A stretch of DNA of 47,713 bases. Origin: a virus (Duplodnaviria > Heunggongvirae > Uroviricota > Caudoviricetes). Below the pieces are notes generated by a model. It ran no database searches and was not told the origin of the DNA. It saw nothing but the letters and a program-made list of their open reading frames with translations. The stretch lies in the IMG/VR virus record IMGVR_UViG_2541047774_000010. One strand, 5' to 3'. Below are positions 17,362 through 27,763 of this stretch, piece by piece. A program made the translations under genes and the position numbers. Every line of letters begins with the position of its first letter. Positions within the stretch are counted from its first letter, which is position 1.

Positions 17362-17579
17362 AGGCTTTTCCTGTATAAATGGCCGTATACAGTACACTAA
17401 ATATGAAAACATATCTCGTATTATTATTTAATATATGATTTTCTTTTAAAATAATTACCCACATTTTTAATGTGTCTGTTTTTTAGCGCCGTTGAGAACA
17501 ACGTTTGCTATAAAAACTAACCCATAGACTCCGATCTTTTCAAACATATTGCACCATCTGTGTACATCGGGGTGAGGAT

Positions 17580-17795
17580 ATGAAATCAATGGATAAGTTA
17601 ACAACAGGTATCGCCTATGGCACATCGGCTGGTAATGCTGGTTTCTGGGCATTGCAGTTACTCGATAAAGTAACTCCGTCACAGTGGGCTGCAATCGGTG
17701 TGCTGGGTAGTCTGGTTTTTGGCCTGCTGACGTATCTGACAAACCTTTATTTCAAGATTAAAGAAGACAGGCGTAAGGTTGCGAGAAGAGAGTAA
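17580..17795 (+). CDS. Holin, EssD/EssQ-like
   Basis: 71 aa [26 protein letters not shown]...[33 protein letters not shown] matches the E. coli prophage holin EssD/EssQ as recalled; RBS GGGGTGAGGA. Confidence 0.88.
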   Translation: MKSMDKLTTGIAYGTSAGNAGFWALQLLDKVTPSQWAAIGVLGSLVFGLLTYLTNLYFKIKEDRRKVARRE

Positions 17796-17799
17796 TCCA

Positions 17800-18351
17800 A
17801 TGACACAAGACTATGAACTGGTTGTGAAAGGAGTCCGCAATTTTGAGAATAAAGTGGCGGTAACTGTAGCCTTACGGGACAAAAAACGCTTTGACGGTGA
17901 AATTTTTGACCTGGACATCTCGCTGGACCGTGTTGAAGGTGCCGCGCTGGAGTTTTATGAGGCAGCAGCCAGAATGAGAATCAGACAGGTATTCCTGGAT
18001 GTTGCTGCCGGGTTATGTGTAGGGGATGAGCAGTCGCCGGAAAAGCGCCCCATAATTTTAGAGGCGCAGAATGTGTGGATAACCTACAAAGGAAAGCTAC
18101 CGGGAAGAATTACTGGTTCTCTGAAGACGCCACCGACGGCATTGCGGTCAGAAAAAGATGATATTGAATCGCCCATTGAAAAACTGGAGGGCAGCGTCGC
18201 TGATCTGAATAAAAAATTGTCGGTGCTGATCCCTTCTGAAGATGAAAAAAAACGCCGCGATGAGCAGTTTGCGGCGTTTTACGATTATTGCATTGAAGTT
18301 ACTCGCAGGAATTTTGTGAAGATTTTTGAGGAGGGTAAATCTCTTCAGTAA
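17800..18351 (+). CDS. ydfR: YdfR-like protein (N-terminal similarity), with extended C-terminus
   Basis: Start MTQDYELVVKGVRNFENKV matches YdfR as recalled; this ORF is longer (183 aa) than the recalled K-12 YdfR (about 103 aa). Confidence 0.65.
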   Translation: MTQDYELVVKGVRNFENKVAVTVALRDKKRFDGEIFDLDISLDRVEGAALEFYEAAARMRIRQVFLDVAAGLCVGDEQSPEKRPIILEAQNVWITYKGKLPGRITGSLKTPPTALRSEKDDIESPIEKLEGSVADLNKKLSVLIPSEDEKKRRDEQFAAFYDYCIEVTRRNFVKIFEEGKSLQ

Positions 18352-18559
18352 GCTTAATGGCGGACGCTGCAATTAATTCAGGAAGGTCCGCAAGGTCATC
18401 TGTCAGTGGATATGATGAAAAATCGGCGGCAGTTCTGTTAAGAAGCGCTTTAACTAATTCCTTTTCCTTCTCCGGCAACAAGTTGATTAGAGCTACGACT
18501 GCTTGCCTGAGTGCGATTAAATCAGCAAAAGTTTGTTTTGGTAGATTTGTGTAATCCAT
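18299..18559 (-). CDS. Hypothetical protein encoded antisense within the lysis cassette
   Basis: 86 aa from MDYTNLPKQTF with strong RBS GAGGTGA 5 nt upstream; acidic, protein-like composition; overlaps the 3' end of the ydfR-like ORF on the opposite strand. Confidence 0.35.
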   Translation of the reverse strand: MDYTNLPKQTFADLIALRQAVVALINLLPEKEKELVKALLNRTAADFSSYPLTDDLADLPELIAASAIKLTEEIYPPQKSSQNSCE

Positions 18560-18672
18560 AGTCACCTCTGTGTTTATCAGATTGACATCCTCCTCCCGCC
18601 AGTGCCCATCACTGGTGAGGTAAGATTTAACATATCCGGGGATTTGAAGCCGATAAATCCTGATAAATATCC

Positions 18673-19700
<1,028 letters not shown>

Positions 19701-20060
19701 ATTAATATTAAATCGGATTATTTTTAGCGCTGAATGTGAAATTTAAATAAAAAGGACTCTTCCATGAGTCAAAATCCTTGAAATCTTAAGGGTAAGATAA
19801 AAGGTCATTAGACAGAATGACACGTTTTATTAATAAATAAAGCTATTGTTTCATTCGTGTGTTTTTCTTTACAAAAGTAATCCTTGCTATGGTTGGTTAA
19901 TCATGCGTTAATGGTGTTCTGGTTTGTTACAAAATTATCTGAAGCAGTCATTGTTATAATTTTATTATTTGTACCTCTTGAGATCTCCTTGTTGGTTTTT
20001 CTCTCTGATATTTTTTTTCGGACCATTCTGCCCAAGGGCTAACTTCTTCAAAAGGTAATA

Positions 20061-20276
20061 ATGATGTCTAACAAAATGACTGGTTTAGTGAAATGGTTTA
20101 ACCCTGAAAAAGGTTTTGGTTTCATCACGCCGAAAGATGGTAGCAAAGATGTGTTTGTCCATTTCTCAGTTATTCAGAGCAACGATTTCAAAACGTTAAC
20201 TGAGAATCAGGAAGTCGAATTTGGTATTGAGAACGGACCTAAAGGCCCCGCGGCTGTTCATGTAGTGGCACTTTGA
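20061..20276 (+). CDS. cspI: Cold shock protein CspI-like
   Basis: [70 protein letters not shown] matches CspI as recalled. Confidence 0.88.
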   Translation: MMSNKMTGLVKWFNPEKGFGFITPKDGSKDVFVHFSVIQSNDFKTLTENQEVEFGIENGPKGPAAVHVVAL

Positions 20277-20480
20277 GGTAGAAAATATTACAAACCATAT
20301 TCACTTTAGATGCCCGTGTTGCCATGGTTCTCAGTATAGAACATCATCTTTTGATGTTTCTGACAGGAATCCTTTCGGGGCAAAATGTATCTTTTGTAAA
20401 TCAATGATGATTACATTTGATAATATTTCACAATACTTAAATGTTAGCCGTCTGTCGTTAGATTTAAGAAAGTGAAAATG

Positions 20481-20505
20481 AAGGCTCCTTCGGGAGCTTT
20501 TTTGC
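20481..20505 (+). terminator. Intrinsic terminator
   Basis: GGCTCC-TTCG-GGAGC hairpin followed by TTTTTTG. Confidence 0.55.
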
Positions 20506-20547
20506 TTAGTGTCTAGTCGATGGATACTCACATATTACGGTAACATT

Positions 20548-20778
20548 ATGAAAAAAATAATAGTTTTTTTTAACTCTGAACCAGCAATGGTAGTGCCAGT
20601 GATGACCGGAGTTAACACCATCATGCGTGAATATCCAAATGGCGAAACAACACACCTCACTGTAATGGCTGCAGGGTTTCCATCTCTGACCGGAGATCAT
20701 AAAGTCATTTATGTAGCAGCGGATCGACATGTAACTTCAGAAGAAATTCTGGAAGCAGCAATGAGACTCTTGAATTGA
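20548..20778 (+). CDS. Hypothetical small protein
   Basis: 76 aa from MKKIIVFFNSEPA; no family recognised. Confidence 0.4.
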   Translation: MKKIIVFFNSEPAMVVPVMTGVNTIMREYPNGETTHLTVMAAGFPSLTGDHKVIYVAADRHVTSEEILEAAMRLLN

Positions 20779-20950
20779 TTTGATTCTAATGCATTGATAA
20801 TAAATGATAATCATCTTTATCTGTTTGTGTGAAATTTAGACCGTCGTATGTTGATTATTGCGATGTTTCATCTTATCTTTTATACGTTTGCTCCATATAA
20901 TTGACACTACTGTGTACCAGGAAAGTCATAACAGACTAAAAGAGGAAATG

Positions 20951-21124
20951 ATGAACATTGAAGAGTTAAAAACAAAAACAGAAGCAGATATTTCTGAATA
21001 TATAACAAAAAAAATCATTGAGCTTAAGAAAAAGACCGGGAAAGAAGTTACCAGTATCCAGTTTACTGCACGGGAAAAAATGACTGGTCTTGAAAGCTAT
21101 GATATCAAGATTGATTTAATCTAG
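20951..21124 (+). CDS. gnsB: GnsA/GnsB-family small protein
   Basis: 57 aa MNIEELKTKTEADISEYITKKIIELKKKTGKEVTSIQFTAREKMTGLESYDIKIDLI matches GnsB as recalled; RBS AAGAGGAA. Confidence 0.8.
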   Translation: MNIEELKTKTEADISEYITKKIIELKKKTGKEVTSIQFTAREKMTGLESYDIKIDLI

Positions 21125-21419
21125 TATGTTTATAGTATTAGCATCAATTTCTCATCAGATGCTATTCAACAATACAAATTACCCATAAACCTCGTTTTTA
21201 CGGGGTTTTGTTATATTTAAACATTACCGAATAGATATAAATCTCGATTGTCGATGGTATTGGTTGTGTGACAATACCTAGTCTTTCCGGTATGCCTGAA
21301 GAGAATACAAACGACAGATTATGTAAGGGAAACGCGCTGAAACTTTCACTCTTTCATGCTGAGTGATTTGACGTTATATTTTTAGCCGCAAGTGAAGAGC
21401 AAACGCATGGAGCGACAAA

Positions 21420-21626
21420 ATGCATAAAGATCAATACACTGATGCCCCCTCCCAGGAGCAGGTTCGTGTAAAAACTATGCTTAATAGCACCATTTCGATG
21501 GGTTACCCGGATGTTGTAATTGCATGTATAGAACATCAAGTATCTCTGGAAGCATTCAGGGCAATTGAGGCCGCGTTAGTAAAGCACGATAAGAATACGA
21601 AGGATTATTCCCTGGTGGTTGACTGA
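21420..21626 (+). CDS. Hypothetical protein, homolog of the small lambda ORF near cos
   Basis: 68 aa; ...[38 protein letters not shown]...DYSLVVD matches the lambda right-end ORF as recalled, and the downstream DNA continues lambda-like up to the IS3 insertion. Confidence 0.6.
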   Translation: MHKDQYTDAPSQEQVRVKTMLNSTISMGYPDVVIACIEHQVSLEAFRAIEAALVKHDKNTKDYSLVVD

Positions 21627-21779
21627 TCACCATAACTGCTAACCATTCTGACCATTTCACAAGTGACAGAGTCAATATCGTATTCTGTCACTGTCAGGCT
21701 AATACAGTACTGCAATTCAACTACAGCAATGCCTCGTATTTAGGTGAATTGATCCTACCCACGTAATATGGACACAGGC

Positions 21780-22646
21780 CTAAGCGAGGTTCTGGTTTTC
21801 AAATTGTTCCGGACTGAGGCCGCCACACCAACTGTGCCGCCGCCACCGATTGTAATCACATTCGATATAATTAAACACCGTTGCCCGCATTATTTCCCGG
21901 CTGATAAAGTGTTCTCCATGGATACATTCCACTTTCAGCGAATGAAAGAAGCTTTCCACGCAGGCATTATCGTAGCAGCAACCTTTTGCGCTCATACTTC
22001 CACGCAGATTATGCCGCTTCAGTTGCGCCTGATAATCTGCTGAACAGTACTGGCCTCCACGGTCCGTGTGAACGATAACGTTCCGGGGCCTCTTACGCCG
22101 CCACAGCGCCATCTGCAGGGCATCGCAGGCCAGTTGCGCCGTCATGCGTGGCGACATTGACCAGCCAATAACGGCACGTGACCACAGGTCAATGACCACT
22201 GCCAGATACAGCCAGCCTTCATCTGTACGTAAGTACGTGATGTCTCCTGCCCACTTCTGGTTCGGGCCACTGGCGTAAAAATCCTGCTCCAACAGATTTT
22301 CTGACACAGGCAGGCCGTGTGCGCGGTAGCTGACCGGGCTGAACTTCCGGGAGGCCTTTGCCCTCAGTCCCTGACGGCGCAGGCTTGCCGCCACGGTTTT
22401 TACGTTAAAGGGGTAACCCTGAGCACGCAGTTCATCCGTCAGGCGTGGGGCACCGTAACGCTGTTTTGACCGGGTAAAAGCCGCGAGGACAACGCTGTCG
22501 CAGTGTTGGCGGAACTGCTGACGCGTGCTTATCCTTGTCCGCCGCTGACACCACGTATACCAGCCGCTGCGGGCCACCCGGAGCACGCGGCACATTGCTT
22601 TGATGCTGAACTCAGCCTGATGTTTTTCAATAAAGACATACTTCAT
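21780..22646 (-). CDS. insF: IS3 transposase OrfB (expressed as OrfAB by -1 frameshift)
   Basis: 288 aa [21 protein letters not shown]..., matching IS3 InsF as recalled. Confidence 0.93.
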   Translation of the reverse strand: MKYVFIEKHQAEFSIKAMCRVLRVARSGWYTWCQRRTRISTRQQFRQHCDSVVLAAFTRSKQRYGAPRLTDELRAQGYPFNVKTVAASLRRQGLRAKASRKFSPVSYRAHGLPVSENLLEQDFYASGPNQKWAGDITYLRTDEGWLYLAVVIDLWSRAVIGWSMSPRMTAQLACDALQMALWRRKRPRNVIVHTDRGGQYCSADYQAQLKRHNLRGSMSAKGCCYDNACVESFFHSLKVECIHGEHFISREIMRATVFNYIECDYNRWRRHSWCGGLSPEQFENQNLA

Positions 22647-22942
22647 TTCAGACGATTCGCAAAGTATGTCGCGGCCTTTTGGAGGATAGCCAGCTCTTCA
22701 TCCCGTTCTGCCAGCTGGCGTTTGAGACGTGCAATCTCGGTAGACATCTCCAGTTCACGTTCAGAAGACGTCTGCTGATTTTGCTGTTTACTGCGCCAGT
22801 TGTAGAGCTGTGATTCATACAGGCTGAGTTCACGGGCTGCGGCAGTAACACCGATGCGTTCAGCAAGCTTCAGGGCTTCACTGCGAAATTCAGGCGAATG
22901 CTGTTTACGGGGTTTTTTACTGGTTGATACTGTTTTTGTCAT
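22643..22942 (-). CDS. insE: IS3 transposase OrfA
   Basis: 99 aa from [19 protein letters not shown], matching IS3 InsE as recalled; overlaps orfB at a frameshift window. Confidence 0.9.
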   Translation of the reverse strand: MTKTVSTSKKPRKQHSPEFRSEALKLAERIGVTAAARELSLYESQLYNWRSKQQNQQTSSERELEMSTEIARLKRQLAERDEELAILQKAATYFANRLK

Positions 22943-23239
22943 GTGAGTCACCTCTGACTGAGAGTTTACTCACTTAGCCGCGTGTCCACTATTGCTGGGT
23001 AAGATCAAATTTACAATATCGTCCAGTTCGGATGCCGGCTGCATTTCTGAAGATAAGGCATTTCGGTTCGCGTATTTTCCCCTCATGCTCGTCAGTCCTG
23101 CGCGTAGTAAGAAACAGGACACTCACACTAATTTGTGTGGGCATGCTGTGATGTCCTTCTGAATTATCCCCACGCCATTATGTAAAGCTCTGTTTCAGAT
23201 GCTCGTCACGGTTGTCAGGCTGTCGGGTCCTCCCTGGGG

Positions 23240-23275
23240 GGGGCCCTGCCACGGGGCGGGAGCGTCGCGGAAAAA
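23240..23275. other. Putative cos site (cosN-like) upstream of the terminase genes
   Basis: ACGGGGCGGGAGCGTCGCGG resembles lambda cosN ACGGGGCGGCGACCTCGCGG as recalled; about 170 bp upstream of the small terminase start. Confidence 0.5.
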
Positions 23276-23439
23276 GGCTAGTTTTTGCATTTTTATCGGC
23301 CACCATCATCTTTGCATCTTATTGATTATTAATGGTTGTTTGTTTTTTGTATGTCGAATTGAGTGTTTTTTGTTCGACATCGAACGCGTTTTCTTAAAGT
23401 TGTTCGCACGATGCATGTTTAAAGCTCTCCGGAGGAAAT

Positions 23440-23931
23440 ATGGATCATGAGTTGAAAAACCTGGTGCTGAATATTAATCAACTGGCGGCTTTATCTGGTC
23501 TGCACCGCCAGACTGTCGTGGCAAGACTGAAAAACATTCGTCCCGCTGGTGGACATGACAAACTCAAGCTATACCGCTTGACCGATATTCTGACTGAATT
23601 TATGGGGTTACCACCGCCGGTTGCTGAGGGCGAAATGGATCCACATGAACGCAAAGCCTGGTATCAGTCTGAACGTGAGCGTCTTAAGTTCGAACAGGAA
23701 ACGGCACAACTCATTCCGGCCAGTGATGTCAGACGGGAGTTTGCCATCTGGGCAAAAGCGGTCGTGCAGGTGCTGGAGACATTACCGGATATTCTGGAAC
23801 GTGACTGCGGCCTGCAGCCTGCCGCTGTGAGCCGTGTTCAGTCCATTATTGATGATCTGCGCGATCAGATAGCCCTGCGGGTGACCGAAGCAGGTGCGGA
23901 TGATGAGGAGGAATTACAGCAGGAGGAGTAA
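23440..23931 (+). CDS. Terminase small subunit (Nu1-position, HTH at N-terminus)
   Basis: 163 aa; N-terminal HTH-like INQLAALSGLHRQTVVARLKN; immediately upstream of, and overlapping, the large terminase gene. Confidence 0.7.
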   Translation: MDHELKNLVLNINQLAALSGLHRQTVVARLKNIRPAGGHDKLKLYRLTDILTEFMGLPPPVAEGEMDPHERKAWYQSERERLKFEQETAQLIPASDVRREFAIWAKAVVQVLETLPDILERDCGLQPAAVSRVQSIIDDLRDQIALRVTEAGADDEEELQQEE

Positions 23932-26033
23932 TGCTGAATCAGGAAACCGCAAAGGCAGCACGAACCGATTCAGGTTATATCCTTCGCGCACCGAGACGAA
24001 TGCGGGTTGCTGATGCCGTTGCTCAGTATATGCGGGTGCCCATGGGGGCCGGGAACTCAGTCCCGTGGGATCCGCTGGTGGCACCGTATGTTATTGAGCC
24101 GATGAACTGCCTGGCCTCGCGTGAATACGACGCAGTGATATTTGTTGGCCCGGCACGAACTGGCAAGACTATCGGCCTGATTGACGGCTGGGTGATTTAC
24201 AACGTGATTTGCGATCCTGCTGATATGCTGATCATTCAGATGACGGAGGAAAAAGCCCGCGAACACTCCAAAAAACGACTTGCCAGAACGTTTCGCGTCA
24301 GCCCGGAAGTGGTCAGTCGCCTGAGTCCGAACAAAAATGACAACAACGTTTATGACAGAACATTCCTTGCTGGCAACTACCTGAAAATCGGCTGGCCGTC
24401 AGTCAATATCATGTCCTCATCAGATTATAAATGCGTGGCGCTGACGGATTATGACCGTTTTCCGGAAGATATTGATGGCGAGGGGGATGCCTTCTCTCTT
24501 GCCTCAAAACGTACCACCACATTTATGTCCAGTGGTATGACGCTGGTGGAGAGTTCCCCCGGCAGGGATGTGAAGGATGTGAAATGGCGACGGACTTCAC
24601 CGCATGAGGCTCCACCAACCACGGGGATACTGTCGCTCTATAACCGTGGCGATCGCCGTCGCTGGTACTGGCCCTGTCCACACTGTGGTGAGTATTTTCA
24701 GCCCTGCGGCGATGTGGTTGCTGGTTTCCGTGATATTGCCGATCCCGTGCTGGCAAGTGAGGCGGCTTATATTCAGTGTCCTTCCTGTTCAGGACGGATT
24801 ATGCCTGAACAAAAACGTGAGCTGAACGGACGTGGGGTCTGGTTGCGGGATGGTGAATCCATCAATGCGGATGGCAGTCGTTATGGTGATCCCCGACGCT
24901 CACGTATTGCGTCATTCTGGATGGAGGGTCCGGCAGCTGCTTACCAGACACTCTCGCAACTCGTTTACAAACTGCTTGCTGCAGAACAGGAATACGAGAC
25001 AACCGGAAGTGAAGAAACACTCAAGACGGTTATCAATACCGACTGGGGATTACCTTATCTTCCCCGTGCCAGCATGGAGCAACGAAAAAGTGAACTGCTT
25101 GAGCAGCGGGCAGAGCCAGTTCCTTCCCGCAGTGTGCCGGATGGCGTTAATTTCCTGGTGGCGACAGTTGATGTGCAGGCGGGACGTCATCGCCGTTTTG
25201 TGGTTCAGGTAACGGGCTATGGCAGCCGTGGCGAACGCTGGATTATTGATCGTTACAACATCACGCAGTCATTGCGCGGTGACAGCGACGGGGAGAGCCA
25301 GCGAATTGATCCGGCCAGCTATCCGGAAGACTGGGATGTCCTGCTGACGGATGTTTTTCATAAAAGCTGGCCGCTGGCCTCCGATCCTTCTCAACAAATG
25401 CGACTGATGGCAATGGCGGTGGACTCCGGCGGTGAAGACGGAGTCACTGATAATGCCTATAAATTCTGGCGTCGTTGCCGTCGTGATGGCCTTGGTAAAC
25501 GTATTTACCTGTTTAAGGGCGACAGCATCCGGCGCGCAAAACTGATCACCCGTACATTCCCTGATAACACCGGACGAACGGGCCGACGGGCGCAGGCCGC
25601 AGGTGATGTACCGCTCTGGCTTCTTCAGACGGATGCCCTGAAAGACCGGGTGAATAACGCGTTATGGCGTGACTCGCCAGGTCCCGGCTATGTGCATTTC
25701 CCTGACTGGCTGGGGAGCTGGTTTTACGACGAACTGACGTATGAAGAGCGGAGCAGTGACGGGAAATGGAGTAAGCCGGGTCGCGGTGCCAACGAAGCTT
25801 TTGACCTGATGGTGTATGCCGAGGCTCTGGTCATTCTGCATGGATACGAAAAGATCCGCTGGCCGGATGCACCGGAGTGGGCGAGCCGGGAAACCTGGCT
25901 GGAGTGTGTCCCGGACAGTACCGAACCGTCACCCACACCGGAACCGGTATCCACGCCTGTTAAAAAACAAAAACGGAAGAAAACAGTAACTGACGATGTT
26001 AACCCCTGGCTGACTTCCGGAGGATGGTTATGA
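23931..26033 (+). CDS. A: Terminase large subunit, lambda gpA family
   Basis: 700 aa; Walker A-like GPARTGKT; gpA-family size and conserved C-terminal nuclease region. Confidence 0.92.
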   Translation: MLNQETAKAARTDSGYILRAPRRMRVADAVAQYMRVPMGAGNSVPWDPLVAPYVIEPMNCLASREYDAVIFVGPARTGKTIGLIDGWVIYNVICDPADMLIIQMTEEKAREHSKKRLARTFRVSPEVVSRLSPNKNDNNVYDRTFLAGNYLKIGWPSVNIMSSSDYKCVALTDYDRFPEDIDGEGDAFSLASKRTTTFMSSGMTLVESSPGRDVKDVKWRRTSPHEAPPTTGILSLYNRGDRRRWYWPCPHCGEYFQPCGDVVAGFRDIADPVLASEAAYIQCPSCSGRIMPEQKRELNGRGVWLRDGESINADGSRYGDPRRSRIASFWMEGPAAAYQTLSQLVYKLLAAEQEYETTGSEETLKTVINTDWGLPYLPRASMEQRKSELLEQRAEPVPSRSVPDGVNFLVATVDVQAGRHRRFVVQVTGYGSRGERWIIDRYNITQSLRGDSDGESQRIDPASYPEDWDVLLTDVFHKSWPLASDPSQQMRLMAMAVDSGGEDGVTDNAYKFWRRCRRDGLGKRIYLFKGDSIRRAKLITRTFPDNTGRTGRRAQAAGDVPLWLLQTDALKDRVNNALWRDSPGPGYVHFPDWLGSWFYDELTYEERSSDGKWSKPGRGANEAFDLMVYAEALVILHGYEKIRWPDAPEWASRETWLECVPDSTEPSPTPEPVSTPVKKQKRKKTVTDDVNPWLTSGGWL

Positions 26034-26242
26034 ACCAGAATGATATCGAAGCCATGATTCAGCGTTATACGGAAGCTGAAATGGCGGTGCTGGACGGAAA
26101 ATCCGTCACCTTTAATGGTCAGCAGATGACCATGGAAAACTTATCTGAGATCCGGCAGGGACGGCAGGAGTGGGAGCGCCGCCTTGCGGCTCTGATTACA
26201 CGACGACGGGGGCATCCCGGGTACCGGCTTGCGAGGTTCTGA
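26024..26242 (+). CDS. W: Head-tail joining protein, gpW-like
   Basis: 72 aa between terminase and portal; C-terminal RRRGHPGY resembles the lambda W C-terminus. Confidence 0.6.
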   Translation: MVMNQNDIEAMIQRYTEAEMAVLDGKSVTFNGQQMTMENLSEIRQGRQEWERRLAALITRRRGHPGYRLARF

Positions 26243-27750
26243 TGGCAATTCTTGATGATGTGATTGGCGTTTTTTCACCAGGATGGAAAGCGGCAAGGCT
26301 GCGTTCCCGTGCGGTGATCCAGGCTTATGAGGCCGTAAAAACGACGCGGACACACAAAGCCCGGCGGGAAAACCGAACTGCCGACCAGTTAAGCCAGTAC
26401 GGGGCCGTGTCGTTACGTGAGCAGGCCCGTTACCTTGATAACAACCACGATCTGGTCATTGGTGTATTTGACAAGCTGGAAGAACGGGTGGTGGGGAAAA
26501 ACGGGATTATTGTCGAGCCACATCCGGTATTACGCAATGGGGCCATTGCCCGTGATCTGGCAGCGGAGATACGCACCCGATGGAGTGAATGGTCTGTCAG
26601 TCCGGAAGTCACCGGGCAGTTTACCCGTCCGATGCTGGAACGTCTGATGTTGCGTACCTGGCTGCGCGATGGTGAGGTGTTTGCCCAGATGGTTTCCGGG
26701 CGCATAAACAGCCTGACGCCTTCTGCCGGTGTTCATTTCTGGCTGGAGGCGCTCGAGCCGGACTTTATTCCCATGACCAGTGATGAGAGCAACAGGCTGA
26801 ATCAGGGCGTGTTTGTTGATGACTGGGGGCGTCCCGAAAAATATCTGGTGTATAAAAGCCGTCCCGTATCCGGACGGCAGATGGAAACCAAAGAAGTGGA
26901 TGCAGAGCGAATGCTGCATCTTAAATTTGTTCGCCGTCTGCACCAGATGCGCGGGACGTCTTTGTTGTCCGGTGTGCTGATCCGCCTCAGTGCCCTGAAA
27001 GAGTATGAAGATTCTGAGCTGACTGCAGCAAGGATCGCCGCTGCTCTGGGGATGTACATCCGGAAAGGCGACGGGCAGAGCTATGAACCGGATGGTAATG
27101 GCAGCAAGGATAAGGAACGCGAGCTTACCATTCAGCCAGGCATTATTTACGACGATCTGAAACCCGGCGAAGAAATCGGAATGGTGAAGTCGGATCGCCC
27201 CAATCCTAATCTTGAAACTTTTCGTAATGGTCAGTTGCGTGCCGTGGCGGCGGGCAGTCGTCTGAGTTTTTCCAGTACAGCGCGCAACTATAACGGCACT
27301 TACAGCGCCCAGCGTCAGGAGCTGGTTGAATCCACTGATGGCTACCTGATCCTGCAGGACTGGTTTATTGGTGCCGTCACCCGCCCGATGTATCGTGCCT
27401 GGCTGAAACAGGCTGTGGCATCCGGTGTTATCAGGCTACCCCGCGATCTTGATCGTTCTTCACTGTATACCGCGGTGTATTCCGGACCGGTGATGCCGTG
27501 GATTGACCCTGTTAAGGAGGCTGAGGCCTGGAAAATTCAGATTCGTGGTGGAGCGGCGACAGAATCAGACTGGGTACGTGCAGGTGGTCGTAATCCGGAT
27601 GATGTCAAACGTCGGCGCAAGGCCGAAATTGATGAAAACCGCAAGCTGGATCTGGTATTTGATACCGATCCGGCCAGTGATAAAGGAGGCAGCAGTGCCG
27701 CAACGAAACGACAGGAGCCGCAGCACACCGACGACCAGTCCGAAGAATAA
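26242..27750 (+). CDS. B: Portal protein, lambda gpB family
   Basis: About 500 aa from MAILDDVIGVF (ATGA overlap with the W stop); size and position as for lambda B. Confidence 0.88.
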   Translation: MAILDDVIGVFSPGWKAARLRSRAVIQAYEAVKTTRTHKARRENRTADQLSQYGAVSLREQARYLDNNHDLVIGVFDKLEERVVGKNGIIVEPHPVLRNGAIARDLAAEIRTRWSEWSVSPEVTGQFTRPMLERLMLRTWLRDGEVFAQMVSGRINSLTPSAGVHFWLEALEPDFIPMTSDESNRLNQGVFVDDWGRPEKYLVYKSRPVSGRQMETKEVDAERMLHLKFVRRLHQMRGTSLLSGVLIRLSALKEYEDSELTAARIAAALGMYIRKGDGQSYEPDGNGSKDKERELTIQPGIIYDDLKPGEEIGMVKSDRPNPNLETFRNGQLRAVAAGSRLSFSSTARNYNGTYSAQRQELVESTDGYLILQDWFIGAVTRPMYRAWLKQAVASGVIRLPRDLDRSSLYTAVYSGPVMPWIDPVKEAEAWKIQIRGGAATESDWVRAGGRNPDDVKRRRKAEIDENRKLDLVFDTDPASDKGGSSAATKRQEPQHTDDQSEE

Positions 27751-27763
27751 TTCCTGGTTCAGG

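Larger units (their letters stand above)
21750..23007 (-). mobile_element. IS3 insertion sequence, complete, with 3-bp target site duplication AAT
   Basis: 1258 bp, the canonical IS3 length; ends TGATCCTACCCACGTAATATGGACAC (21750 onward) and reverse complement of TGATCTTACCCAGCAATAGTGGACAC (ending 23007); AAT at 21747-21749 and 23008-23010. Confidence 0.93.

Noticed and set aside
20266-20475. Cys-rich zinc-ribbon-like reading frame (CPCCHGSQY...CIFCK) downstream of cspI
   Set aside because: The frame has no ATG, GTG or TTG start before the Cys motifs, so I do not call it a gene; it could be a remnant or use a non-canonical start.
27503-27763. N-terminal extension of the protease-capsid ORF overlapping the portal gene
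   Set aside because: It overlaps the portal 3' end in another frame with no RBS; ATG 27764 just after the portal stop is the likely start.
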